A DNA stretch of 64,000 nucleotides, taken from the NCBI RefSeq assembly GCF_035084215.1, contig NC_090359.1, forward strand, positions 20,398,001-20,462,000. Reading direction: 5' to 3'. This document shows positions 50,175 to 62,019 of the stretch, one piece after another; the first letter of the stretch is position 1; each line of letters starts with the position of its first letter. The DNA comes from Heptranchias perlo (lineage: Eukaryota). The notes below the pieces were generated by a model. The model made no database searches, was not told the origin of the DNA, and saw only the letters and a list, made by a program, of their open reading frames with translations. The position numbers were made by a program, and so were the translations under genes.

Positions 50175-50610
50175 GGGTAGCGCACTCTTGCCCCTCAAGC
50201 AGAAGGTCATGGGTTCAAATCCCACTCCAGAGACTTGAGTACGTTAGCCAGGCTGACACTCCAGTGCGTTACTGAGGGAGTGCTACATGGAGGTTCCGTC
50301 TTTCCGATGACGCGTCAAACTGAGGCCCTGTCTGTCCCCTCGGGTAAACGTAAAAGACCCCATGACACTTTTTGAAGAACGAGTGAGTTCTCCCTGGTGT
50401 CTTGGGCCAATATTTATCCCTCAACCAACATCACTAAAACAGATTATCTGGTCATTATCTCATTGCTGTTTGTGGGATCTTGCTGTGCGCAAATTGGCTG
50501 CCGTGTTTCCCACATTTAAACAGTGACTACACTTCAAAAGTACTTAATTGGCTGTAAAGAGTTTTGGGCCAAATGGAGGTCACAAAAGGCGCGATTATAA
50601 ATACAAGTCC
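50175..50610 (+). mobile_element. Deu-domain-like tRNA SINE, near full length
   Basis: B-box gggttcaaatccc at 50211, body tctttccgatgacgcg..aaac.gagg, L2-like tail. Confidence 0.8.
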
Positions 50611-51219
50611 TTTCCTTAAATTTAACTTCAACCTTTGGGGGGAAAAAATGGGGAAACTGTATTTAAAACCAAACTGCACCCTGCCTTACACGGAAACCTG
50701 CAAGATTTACACTTGTAATGCAGTAATTTAATGGGGAGGGAGAGAGAGAGAGAGAGAGGGGAGCTTTAATTAAACTGTTCCCCGTTCCCAAATTCACACT
50801 GACTGATTTGATGGTTGTTTTGTACTTGGTTCAATTTATAAATTCTGATTGCACACTATTTATTTCTGTTTGAATCAGTCATAAAGCTGATTGGAGTCAT
50901 CCCCATCGGATAATTTTTAATAAAATATAACTAGACTGTTGTGCTCAATCCTAGTGAAACTTAAGAAACCCATCTTGTAAATTTATCAGCCAATATAACA
51001 TTAAATTGTTATAATTATCCATTATTTTGTTCTTTTTTTTTATATTCTGATTAATGTTTTTTGAAAAGAAGTTCTATTTGACGTTGTAATTTTTTTTTAC
51101 AGTGAGGCCTTTATATCGATGCACAAACCCAAATTCATTCTGCACATGGTCGAAAAAAAAATTAGAGGCAGCATTGTGCCTTGGCATGTTAACTTGCATT
51201 TATATAGCACCTTTATCGA

Positions 51220-51490
51220 CTTCTACAGCACAGAAGAGGCCATTCGTCCCATCATGCCTGTGCTGGCTCTCTCTGAAACAGCTACTGTATCAGTCCCACT
51301 TTCCTGCTCTTTCCCCATAGCCCTGCAAATCTTTCCTTTTTTTTTGAAGTAAAGATCGAATTCCCTTTTGAAAGTTAATACTGACTCGAAGGTGAACAAT
51401 CCCAGCTTCTCTTGTCTCTCCGGCTAACTGAAGCCCCTCATCCCTGGTACCTCTCCTCTGCACCTGCTCAAAGGCCTTGAGGTCCTTCTA
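51220..51490 (-). mobile_element. CR1 3' fragment
   Basis: tacagcacagaagaggccattcgtcccatc tail in reverse orientation. Confidence 0.65.
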
Positions 51491-51874
51491 TAATAAATAA
51501 ATTAATACACAAATGAAAATATTGTATAATAAAACATTGTTTGCTAACAGCCATTCCTCCTGGAGCTTTAGGAGACTGTGCCCATTCTCCAAGTTGGCTT
51601 TAGTTGAGTGTAGTTTATTTAGCAGTGCGATGCTATTCATTAAACAAAATTCTACCGGGACAATTACTCATTTGAGGTTTGCTGCCGATGCACTGGCCTA
51701 AAATGAGATTGCTCACTACTCAATATTAGCAAGGGCATACCAAGTAAAAGGAGGTAATATTGATGGACTATAGCCAGCCTGACACAAACTGGGACTGGCC
51801 AAATGGTGAGGACTCCTAGATCAATCCATATGATGCATAACTACTGCTTGAGGCAATGGAGAATGTTGGTTGAG

Positions 51875-52270
51875 ATACATAGGATTTACAGCACAGAAAC
51901 AGGCCATTCGGCCCAACTGGTCTATGCCGGTGTTTATGCTCCACACGAGCCTCCTCCCTCCCTACTTCATCTCACCCTATCAGCATATCCTTCTGTTCCT
52001 TTCTCCCTCGTGTTTATCTTGCTTCCCCTTAAATGCATCTGTCATTTGCCCCAGCTACTCCTTGTGCTAGTGAGTTCCACATTCTAACCACTCTCTGGGT
52101 AAAGAAATTCCACCTGAATTCCTTATTTGATTTATTAGTGACTATCTTGTATTTATGACCCCTAGTTCTGGATTCCCCCTCAAGCAAACATTTTCTCTAC
52201 GTCAAACTCTATCAAACCCTTCATAATTTCTATAACCTCCATTAGACCAACCCTCGGCCTTCTCTTTTCT
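51875..52270 (-). mobile_element. CR1 3' fragment
   Basis: Same subfamily as 56680-57115 and 62020-62670. Confidence 0.8.
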
Positions 52271-53059
52271 ACATGTTGAGGCACTAGGAGAACTGGTATA
52301 ATTTCTATCCAATACACTACCAGGGGATCTTTTACCTGAAAAGGCAGACCAAGCCTGGGTTTAATATCTCAGTTGAACGATGCTGCCTTTGACAATGCAA
52401 CACTCCCTCAGTACTACCCTGAACCCTTTAATTGGAAAACTACTAGAAGCAACGAGAGACCAAAATGGAGGCAATAAACGACCTACTCATTGAGAGTGAA
52501 CAGTGTTTTCAAAAGGGCAAGATCTTGCCTGATTATTCTCTTGTTTTTTTTTTGACCAGGTGACGTTCTGAATTTGCCTGTTTGGAGGGCAGGAGTCATA
52601 TCGTGTAGAGTACCTTGAATACCAAAAGGATTAGATAAAGTGGTTCCTTTTAACAAATGACAGTCAAGGGGTATGAAGGATGAGATGTCAATATGGCTAT
52701 GGGCTTGGTCACGACAGGGTGCAATGTAACAGGGAGCTGGGCTGGGGCTCTTCCTGTGTCCATGTAACGCACAGACGACCTTGAAGACACAGGAGACTGA
52801 CTAGTATACAGAAGCTGATCTCGCCAGGCTGTTCCAGATTAGTATCCACAACAAAACACACTGCTTTTACAAAGACCGCTGACCGTAGCTGAGAATGTAT
52901 TTTCGTCCATTGCCCTCTTGAGTAGTGAAGTGCAGACGGAATGTGGAAAACCATCTTGGGCGTCAGCTTGGCTCAGTCGGTAGCACTGTCCCCTCCAGTC
53001 GAAAGGTCGTGGGTTCGAACTCCACTCCAGGAGCGGAGAAAACAATCAGATCGCACCAG

Positions 53060-53500
53060 GCCCCGTTCAGCTATCGCCCCCCCCGCCCCACCGTGCTCGC
53101 TGACCTACACTGACTCCCGGTCCAGCAACGCCTCGATTTTAAAATTCTCGTCCTTGTTTTCAAATCCCTCCGTGGCCTCGACCCCTACGACCCTCCGAGA
53201 TCTCTGCGCTCCTCCAATTCTGGCCTCTTGCGCATCCCCCGATTTTCATCGCTCCGCCATTGGCGGCCGTGCCTTCAGCCGCCTAGGCCCCAAGCTCTGG
53301 AATTCCCTCCCTAAACCTCTCCGCCTCTCTCTCCTCCTTTAAGACGCTCCTTAAAACCTACCTCTTTGAACCAAGCTTTTGGTCACCTGTCCTAATATCA
53401 CCTTATGTGGCTCGGTGCCAAATTTTGTTTGATAATCGCTCCTGTGAAGCACCGTGGGACGTTTAACTACGTTAAAGGCGCTATATAAATGCAAGTTGTT
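53060..53500 (+). mobile_element. L2-like LINE 3' end
   Basis: IGGRAFSRLGPKLWNSLPKPLRL and tail gttaaaggcgctatataaatgcaagttgttg. Confidence 0.8.
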
Positions 53501-53619
53501 GTCTTATGGGGTTTTCTTTTAAAAAGACATTGCCAAATTCCACAACAAAAGCAAAATACTGCGGATGCTGGAAATCTGAAATAAAAATTCCATATCTTGC
53601 TTTGCTCAGTTGGTAGCAC

Positions 53620-53857
53620 TGGAATTTTTTTAACGCAGCGAGTTGTTCTGATCTGGAACGCGCTGCCTGAAAGGGCGGTGGAAGCAGATTCAATAGTAAC
53701 TTTCGAAAGGGGAATTGGATAAATACTTGAAGGGAAAAAATTTACAGGGCTATGGGGAAAGAGCAGAGGGGGAGTGGGACTAACTGGATAGCTCTTGCAA
53801 AGAGCCGGCACAGGCACGATGGGCCGAATGGCCTCCTCCTGTGCTGCGTGATTCTAA
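53620..53857 (+). mobile_element. CR1 3' fragment
   Basis: FFTQRVVLIWNALP..; tail gatgggccgaatggcctcctcctgtgctg. Confidence 0.8.
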
Positions 53858-54213
53858 CGGTGGGCTCAAGCCCCAGTTGAGCGAGCCGCCGCGATGAGGG
53901 AGTGCCGCACGGTTGGAGGTGCCTTTCCTCGGACGACGCATTAGCATCCCTCCAAACAGGTCGATGGGATACTCGGGTTCGAGGGCCCCTGTGGTGCTAT
54001 CTGAAGGAGGCTCTCCTGGTGGACCTGACCAATAGTCCTCTCTCAAGCAGCAGAGCACCCAAAACTGATTGACTAGTCATTCATCTCATTGCTGGTCTGT
54101 GGGACCTTGCTGTGCGCAAAGGCTCTCCAGGACACCAACCACGACGGCACTCCAAAATAATTCAATCTCTACGACCGGCTATTACGTACATACGAAAATG
54201 TGGGACAAGAACT

Positions 54214-55243
54214 CGCATTTATATAGCGCCTTTCACGACCTCAGGGTGTCCCAACACGCTACTTTTTGAAGTGCAGTCACTGTTGTAATGTAGGAAACGC
54301 AGCAGCCAATTTGTGCACAGCAAGATCCCACAAACAGCATTTTTTTTTTTCAGTGATGTTGGTTGAGGGATAAATATTGGCCCCAGGACACCCGGGGAGA
54401 ACTCCCCCTGCTCTTCTTCGAAATAGTGGCTGTGGGATCTTTTACATCCGCCTGAGAGGGGCAGACGGGTCCTCGGCTTTAACATCTCTTACGAGAGACG
54501 AAATACAAAAGCCAAGAGAATACAAAAGCATGGATGTAATGACGGAACTGTATAAAACGCTGGTAAGGCCACAGCTGGAGTATTGTGCGCAGTCCACATT
54601 ACAGGAAGGACGTAATTGCTCTGGAGAGAGTGCAGAGAAGATTTACAAGAATGTTGCCAGGGCTTGAAAATTGCAGCTACGAGGAGAGATTGGATAGGCT
54701 GGGGTTGTTTTCCTTGGAGCAGAGGAGGCTGAGGGGAGACTTGATTGAGGCGTACAAAATTATGAGGGGTCTAGATAGAGTAGACAGGAAGTACCTGTTT
54801 CCCCTAGCGGAGAGTTCAAGAACTAGAGGTCATAGATTTAAGCTGATTGGTGGAAGGATTAGAGGGGACATGAGGAAAAACTTTTTTACCCAGAGGGTGG
54901 TGGGTGTATGGAATTCGTGCCCGAATTGGTGGTAGAGGCAGGGACCCTCAACTCTTTTAAAAAGTACCTGGACCTGCACCTAAAGTGCTGTAAGCTGCAG
55001 GGCTACGGACTGGGATTAGAATGGGCACCTGGTTGTTCTTCGAGCCGGCACAGACACGATGGGCCAAACGGTCCCCTTCTGTGCTGTATCTTTTCCATGG
55101 CACCTCCGACAGTGCAGCACTCCCTCAGTACTGCACTGGGAGCATCAGCCTGGATTGTGTGCTCAAGTCGGCAGTAGTGGGGTTCGAACCCACGACCTTG
55201 TGACTCAGAGTCAGGAGAGAGCTACCCACTAAGCCATGGCTGA
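54214..55243 (-). mobile_element. SINE split by a CR1 insertion (SINE halves 54214-54485 and 55099-55243)
   Basis: The halves are consecutive parts of the SINE consensus in reverse orientation. Confidence 0.8.
54500..55098 (+). mobile_element. CR1 3' fragment nested in the SINE
   Basis: LYKTLVRPQLEYC..HYRKDVIALERVQRRFTRM..RRLRGDLIE..FFTQRVV.VWNS. Confidence 0.9.
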
Positions 55244-55576
55244 CAATTAAATCTAGACTTGAAGCAGTTGATGGTCAAGAGGCTGATTTGCGAGTTAAAA
55301 CCTTCATATGTGTGATTACATTTTTACTTAATTGAATAATGGCTGGAGCAACAAGATGTCAAGAGCAAAGGGGCATGAATATAAGACAGCCCTTAATAGA
55401 TCACTAAAGAATTTAGGAGGTGTTTCTTTTCACAGAATGTGGAACGCGGAGTGGTTGAAGCAGATAATATTGATACATTTAAGGGGAGGCTTGATGCATG
55501 GATGGGGGAGAAGGGATTAGAGGGTTATGGAGGCAACAACAACTTGCATTTATATAGCGCCTTTAACATAGTCAAA

Positions 55577-56100
55577 CATATGTCCGCCCCCTCATCCCCG
55601 GGATTAACCGAGTGAAGGTCACTCGGTTAATCTCGGGGATGAGGGGGCGGACATATGAGGAGAGGTTGAGTAGATTGGGACTCTACTCATTGGAATTCAG
55701 AAGAGTGAGAGGCGATCTTATTGAAACATATAAGATTGTGAAGGGGCTTGATCCTTGTTCCCAAGGATGGGTGAAACTAGAACTAGGGGGCATAATCTTA
55801 GAATAAGGGGCTGCTCTTTCAAAACTGAGATGAGGAGAAACTTCTTCACTCAGAGGGTAGTAGGTCTGTGGAATTTGCTGCCCCAGGAAGCTGTGGAAGC
55901 TACATCACTAAATAAATTTAAAACAGAAATAGACAGTTTCCTAGAAGTAAAGGGAATTAGGGGTTACGGGGAGCGGGCAGGAAATTGGACATGAATTTAG
56001 ATTTGAGGTTAGGATCAGATCAGCCATGATCTTATTGAATGGCGGAGCAGGCTCGAGGGGCCGATTGGCCTACTCCTGCTTCTATTTCTTATGTTCTTAT
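55577..56100 (+). mobile_element. CR1 3' fragment with fold-back 5' end, nested in an L2-like tail (minus strand, 55535-55576 and 56100-56440)
   Basis: YEERLSRLGLYSLEFRRVRGDLIETYK..RRNFFTQRVVGLWN; 39-bp inverted repeat at the 5' junction. Confidence 0.85.
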
Positions 56101-56679
56101 CCCAAAGCGCTTCACAGGGGCGATTATCAGACAAAAATTCACACCGAGCCAAAGAAGGAGACATTAGGACAGGTGACCAAAAGCATGGTCAAAGAGGTAG
56201 GTTTTAAGGAGCATCTTAAAGGCGGAGAGGTTTAGGGAGGGAATTCCAGAGCTTAGGGCCTAGGGCAGCTGAAGGCACGGCTGCCAATGGTGGAGCACAG
56301 GAAGTGGGGATGGACAAGAGGTCAGGGTTGGAGGAGCACAGAGTCCTCGGAGGGTTGTAGGGCTGGAGGAGGTAGGGAGGGGGCGAGGCCATGGAGGGAT
56401 TTGAGCACGAGGACGAGAAGTTTAAAATTGAGGCGTTCGGGGAGTCCAGGTGGGAAGGGGTAATTAGAGTGGGAGGAGGCTCAGGTGGGGTAAAAACACC
56501 GGCAGAGGCCAGTGGGGCCGAATGGCCTGTTTCTGTGCTGTAGATTCTATGTGGTCTTGTAGAATGATGGTCCATGAGTAACATTTCCTTCAGCTGTCCT
56601 CAGGAGGTCAGTATTGATACGATGGACCAGCTCTGAGCTTCACCCACTATGGAGATCGGACATTACATAAATAGATTTA

Positions 56680-57115
56680 CATAGAACGTACAGCACAGAA
56701 ACAGGCCATTCGGCCCAACTGGTCTATCCCGGTGTTTATGCTCCACGCGAGCCGCCTCCCTCCCTACTTCATCTCACCCTATCAGCATATCCTTCTATTC
56801 CTTTCTCCCCCATGTGTTTATCTCGCTCCCCCTTAGATGCATCTATGCTATTCGCCTCAACTACTCCTTGTGGGAGCGAGTTCCACATTCTCACCGCTCT
56901 CTGGGTAAAGAAGTTTCTCCTGAATTCCCTACTGGATTTATTAGTGACTATCTTATATTTATGGCCCCTTAATTTTTTTTTAGCACGCCCCACAAGTAGG
57001 AACATCTTCTCTCCGTCCACACTATCGAACCCCCTTCATAATTTCAAAGACCTCTATCGGTCAACCCTTCGGCCTTCTCTTTTCTAGAGAAAAGAGCCCC
57101 AGCCTGCTCAGTCTT
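56680..57115 (-). mobile_element. CR1 3' fragment
   Basis: RRNFFTQRAVRMWNSLPQGVVEANS on the minus strand. Confidence 0.85.
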
Positions 57116-57167
57116 TCAGACGAGGGCAGCATCAGCCGAGCAATCGAATGCCCCTCGTCTCCCAGCT

Positions 57168-57343
57168 TTATCTTCTGAGCGATTCGGGAGCTGGCAGTGC
57201 CCGCTGGCTCGTGAACAGGTCTTGTGGCTGCACGACCCCGTTCCTTTGGGCCCAACTCCACATTGCGACTTGATATTGGGGGAGCGGGGGAGATGACTGA
57301 AATACCAGTTTGCCCTTCTCTTGATCTGCTTGTTGTATCCTCC
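57168..57343 (-). other. Candidate terminal exon of an unidentified minus-strand gene
   Basis: Long C-rich pyrimidine tract and ctctacag acceptor, then RIQQADQEKGKLVFQSSPPLPQYQVAMWSWAQRNGVVQPQDLFTSQRALPAPESLRR*; not matching any repeat in the window. Confidence 0.35.
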
Positions 57344-57683
57344 CTGTAGAGGGTGGGATGGGTGGGGGGAGGGGAGGTTGGATGGGGTAGGTCGTCTTCA
57401 TAAATAAAGTGGCAAATTTTTTTTGGGCACTTTTTGTTCTTCAAGGAACAGAACTATAAATGTTAGGTCAGCCAAGAGTTCCACTGATATGTTAATAAAT
57501 GCTTTACTTAGCGATCTATTTGAGGGCTGGCTTTTCTTTCCAGAAGCCACTGGGTTCACCTTCCTGTTTACTCTTTACAAAGATGGGTTTTGTTGGGAGA
57601 GGAAAGGGTTAATTTTTTGCTTCCACTGGATTCTTGGCAGCGCAAAGGAATAAAACTGGACAACTTTCAGTAACACGTGGTAC

Positions 57684-58426
57684 CATCAAACACTCCCAGG
57701 GCGGGTACAGCACGGGTTAGATACAGAGTAAAGCTCCCTCTACACTGTCCCATCAAACACTCCCAGGGCAGGTACAGGGTTAGATACAGAGTAAAGCTCC
57801 CTCTACACTGTCCCATCAAACACTCCCAGGGCAGGTACAGCATGGGTTAGATACAGAGTAAAGCTCCCTCTACACTGTCCCATCAAACACTCCCAGGGCG
57901 GGTACAGCACGGGTTAGATACAGAGTAAAGCTCCCTCTACACTCCCTCTACACTGTCCCATCAAACACTTCCAGGGCAGGTACAGCACGGGTTAGATACA
58001 GAGTAAAGCTCCCTCTACACTGTCCCATCAAACGCTCCCAGGGCAGGTACAGGGTTAGACACAGAGTAAAGCTCCCTCTACACTGTCCCATCAAACACTC
58101 CCAGGGCAGGTACAGTACGGGTTAGATACAGAGTAAAGCTCCCTCTACACTGTCCCATCAAACACTCCCAGGGCAGGTACAGGGTTAGATACAGAGTAAA
58201 GCTCCCTCTACACTGTCCCATCAAACACTCCCAGGGCAGGTACAGCATGGGTTAGATACAGAGTAAAGCTCCCTCTACACTGTCCCATCAAACACTCCCA
58301 GGGCAGGTACAGGGTTAGATACAGAGTAAAGCTCCCTCTACACTGTCCCATCAAACACTCCCAGGGCAGGTACAGCACGGGTTAGATACAGAGTAAAGCT
58401 CCCTCTACACTGTCCCATCAAACACT
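57684..58426 (+). repeat. 67-bp satellite, ~11 units
   Basis: Same unit as 402-739; some units shortened (gtacagggttag), one with an internal duplication near 57940. Confidence 0.95.
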
Positions 58427-58537
58427 GACCACTCCCCCCAGCCAGAGGAAATAATCTTTCCCTATTCACTCTCTTCGTAATATTATAAATCTCCTCTTCG
58501 CTTTCCCTGCTTCAGTGGAAATAGTCCTAGTTTTTGT

Positions 58538-58935
58538 GTCAGCTGTGGCTCAGTGGGTTGCACTCTCACCTCTGAGTCAGAAGTTCATGGGTTCAAGTCC
58601 CACTCCAGAGACTTGCACCCATTATCCAGGCTGACACTCCCAGTCTAGTACTGAGGGAGCGTTGCACTGTCAGAGCAGGTGGAGATAAAAGATCCAATCG
58701 CCCGATTGGAAAAAGAGCAGGGGAGTTCTCCCTGGTGATCTGGCCAATATTTATCCCTCAACCAACATGACCAAAACAGTTTATCTGGTCATTTATCACC
58801 TTGCTGTTTGTGGGATCTTGCTGTGTGCAAATTGGCTGCAGTGTTTCCCTATATTACAACAGTGACCTCACTTTGAAAGTACTTAATTGGCTGTAAAGCA
58901 CTTTGGGACGTGAAAGGAGATATATAAATGCAAGT
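58538..58935 (+). mobile_element. Deu-domain-like tRNA SINE
   Basis: A box tggctcagtgg, B box gggttcaagtccc, conserved body and tail. Confidence 0.8.
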
Positions 58936-60111
58936 TTTTCTTTTATACTTTAGTATCTCAAGTCTCTCCTCATAATTATAGTTTCCTATCTCCTGACATA
59001 AAGTGGGATTTTAGATTGGCGTGATATTCGACCGTGGAGGGCATTGCAATTGACCTCCAACCACTGATTCCATCAGCGTCCCACCGGACAGTAGTCACCA
59101 AGAGGAATGACCTCTCCTAGTTCAATTTAGTTAGGTTTTGGGGGTGGGACAAGGGTAAGGGGATTAGTAGGGTGATTTTCCCTCGTTATGCCGTGTGTTC
59201 CCCATTCTTAACTAAGTGTACTTTGTATCTCAGTGTTATCCTAATGTTATAAGTTCATTTGTGATTTCAATAAACCCAGTTTCTTTTCTTGCACCAAAAC
59301 CAGTTGTCTGCTGCATTTTTTGTCACAACCCCCAAATAAGTCCACGGTCTAGAACCCAGGGAGTGGGAGCGATTCGGACCGCTCAGTGGTCAGAGGTGAA
59401 GCTGACACAGACCATCACCCCCTACAAGGAACCATCACCTAGAAATCAACTGTGCGTCCCCTATCACTGCTCTAGAACGCACACTGGGTGAGGTACTGGA
59501 AGGCATCTAATGCTTATGGGACGCAACCCCAGTAGAGTAAGAACAGGAGAGGAAGGCGGGCGGGCGGGGGGGGGGGGGGTGGGGGAGTGGAATTCTGGAC
59601 AAGGGGAAAAATGGTCCACATCTCCACTGTAGATGGCAAAGCCCTTTTGCATCCGAACTTGACCGAGTATCCTCCTCTGTCAGGTGTTTGGTGAAACGCT
59701 GGCGATGGAACTGCTCCATTCCTTTGTAGGCAGGATGAAGAGTTTCGAAAGATCACATGCTTTTACCATAAGTAAAACTGTTTGGGAGATCTTTCTTTTG
59801 GGAGAGGGAGCTGGGCGACTGTAGGTCATTAAGTGCAGCCCACATGCCCTCAGCTGCAGGGAGTTCTGCCAAAGCATTTCCGACAGCTGCACTGGAGCCC
59901 AGTGTTGAGAGGGTAGTGGAAGTCGGCCTCTCAATCTTCCATCACTTGTGCTGTAAATATACAGCCCAGGATCAATCTCATTGTGCTCGTTGGAGACACT
60001 TGTCGATGGTCGCAGGCAGGCATTGCTCTCCTGGGATAGCACTGTCTATTCAGGTTTGGATGTTGCAAGTCCCTTCCCTCCGATTATCTCCCCTCCTTTC
60101 CTGAAGTTCAG

Positions 60112-60482
60112 GCCCCACTCCAGAGACTTGAGCACACAATCCAGGCCGTCACTCCCAGTGCAGTACTGAGGGAGCGCTGCACTGTCAGAGGTGCCGTCTT
60201 TCGGATGAGACGTTAAACTGAGGCCCCATCTGCGGCAATGGAAGAAGAGTAGGGAGTTCTCCCCGCTGTCCTGGCCAACATTTATTCCTCAACCAAAACC
60301 ACCAAAAAAAACAGATTATCTGGTCGTCTATCTCATTGTTGTTTGTGGGATCTTGCTGTGCACAAATTGGCTGCCATGTTGGCCTACACTACAACAGTGA
60401 CCGCACTCCAAAGGTGATCATTGGCTGTGAAGCACTTTGAGACGTCCGGAGGATGTGAAAGATGCTAAATAAATGCAAGTTT
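60112..60482 (+). mobile_element. Deu-domain-like SINE, head truncated
   Basis: gccgtctttcggatgagacgttaaactgaggcccc body and tail. Confidence 0.8.
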
Positions 60483-60889
60483 CCTCTCTCACTCTCCCTC
60501 TTTAGAAAAGCACTGGGAGGCGATTTCAAAGGCAGCTGTCTAAATGATGAGGTCACTATAGGAAGCAGTCGTATCCCAAATTAAGACGTCCTATAATTTC
60601 TATCTGACATCTTCTTAACGTTTAAGAGAGTTGCTGGTGATCGTTGGGGGGGTCACTGTGGGGTGGGGGTGGGGCTTATTCTACGCCAAGCCTGAAGGGT
60701 TGGCCAATACCAAAGAACGTCATTTTAAGTTGGTGGAAAGCAAATTTAATGTGGATATTTGGAAGATTCACTTGAGTGAGGAATATTTGTAACGGTCTGT
60801 CAGGCACGGTAATCGAGATAGAGATGTTAGGAGCATTCACAATGTGGCAGGTGGGATACTTAGGGTACTCGAGGAATGAACTTCAAGGG

Positions 60890-61392
60890 CCCGGTCTTCA
60901 ATGGGCCAAGTGGGTGAGTTCAATGGGCCGAATCTTCAATGGTCCGGAAGGGTGAGTTTCGATGGGCCGAATGGGTGAGTTTCAATGGGCCGAGTGGGTG
61001 AGTTTCGATGGGCAGAATGGGTGAGGTTCGATGGACAGAATGGGCTAGTTTCGATGGGCCGAGTGGGCGAGTTTCGATGGGCAGAATGGGTGAGTTTCGA
61101 TAGGCCGAATGGATGAGTTTTGCTGGGCAGAATGGATGAGTTTCAATGGGCCAAGTGGGTGAGTTTTAATGGGCCAAATGGGTGAGGTTCAATGGGCTGA
61201 ATGGGTGAGGTTCAATGGGCCGAATGGGCGAGCTTTAATGGGCCAAATGGGTGAGCTTTAATGGGCCAAATGGGTGAGCTTTAATGGGCTGAATGGGTGA
61301 GCATTAATGGGCCGAATGGGTGAGTTTCGATGGGCCGAATGGGTAAGCTTTAATGGGCCAAATGGGTGAGTTTCGATGGGCCGAATGGGTGA
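60890..61392 (+). repeat. 23-bp minisatellite, ~21 units
   Basis: Unit gggtgagtttcgatgggccgaat. Confidence 0.9.
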
Positions 61393-61705
61393 AAATCTGG
61401 TACCAGTAAGTGACCATGAAGCTGTCAGATTGGGTAAAAACCCCAACTGTTTCACCAATGTCCTTTAGGGAAGGAAACCTGCCGTCCTTACCCGGTCTGG
61501 GCCTATATGTGACTCCAGTCCCCCACCAATGCAGTTGACTCTTATCTGCCCTCTGAAGTGGCCTAGCAAGCCACTCAGTTGTATTAAACCGCTACCTGCA
61601 GCAGTTAAAGCAGAAGGCCCACCACCACCTTCTCAGGGCAACTGGGGAATGAGCAATAAATGCCAAACTTGCCAGCAACGCCCACATCCCCAAAATTAAT
61701 CTTTT
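61393..61705 (+). mobile_element. Non-coding SINE-like element sharing its 3' tail with the CR1-group LINE
   Basis: Ends caccaccaccttctcagggcaact.ggga.tg.gcaataaatgcc..cttgccagcaacgcccacatccc, as at 49983-50053. Confidence 0.65.
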
Positions 61706-62019
61706 AAAAACTACAACCCAGATTTTCTTTCGATTGGCTTTCTTTTAACCATGGTGGTAACTCACCTCCGAATCATGACCTCACCCGTGCACTGTCCTAG
61801 TAACTCCTTGCACTAGGGAAAGTACCAGGGTGCTATGGAGGTGGGGCTATCCCAGCATGCATAGCACCAGTGAAAGCCTTCTATTAAAATGATAGATTGT
61901 TTTCCCCTCTCCCGATGGCGCTTGCTGGCATCTGATACCATGGATGGCGACAGCCCTCCTGAAGTCACCATTCTTCATACGATAGCCTCGATGGTGAGTA
62001 CATTGAGTTACATTGAGCC

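Noticed and set aside
50195-50230. tRNA genes at A/B-box motifs (also 52965, 55180, 58545)
   Set aside because: These are SINE heads without a complete cloverleaf.
53545-53590. Hammerhead ribozyme in a fragment resembling a Penelope-type terminus
   Set aside because: No CUGANGA/GAAA core nearby; none in the 67-bp unit either.
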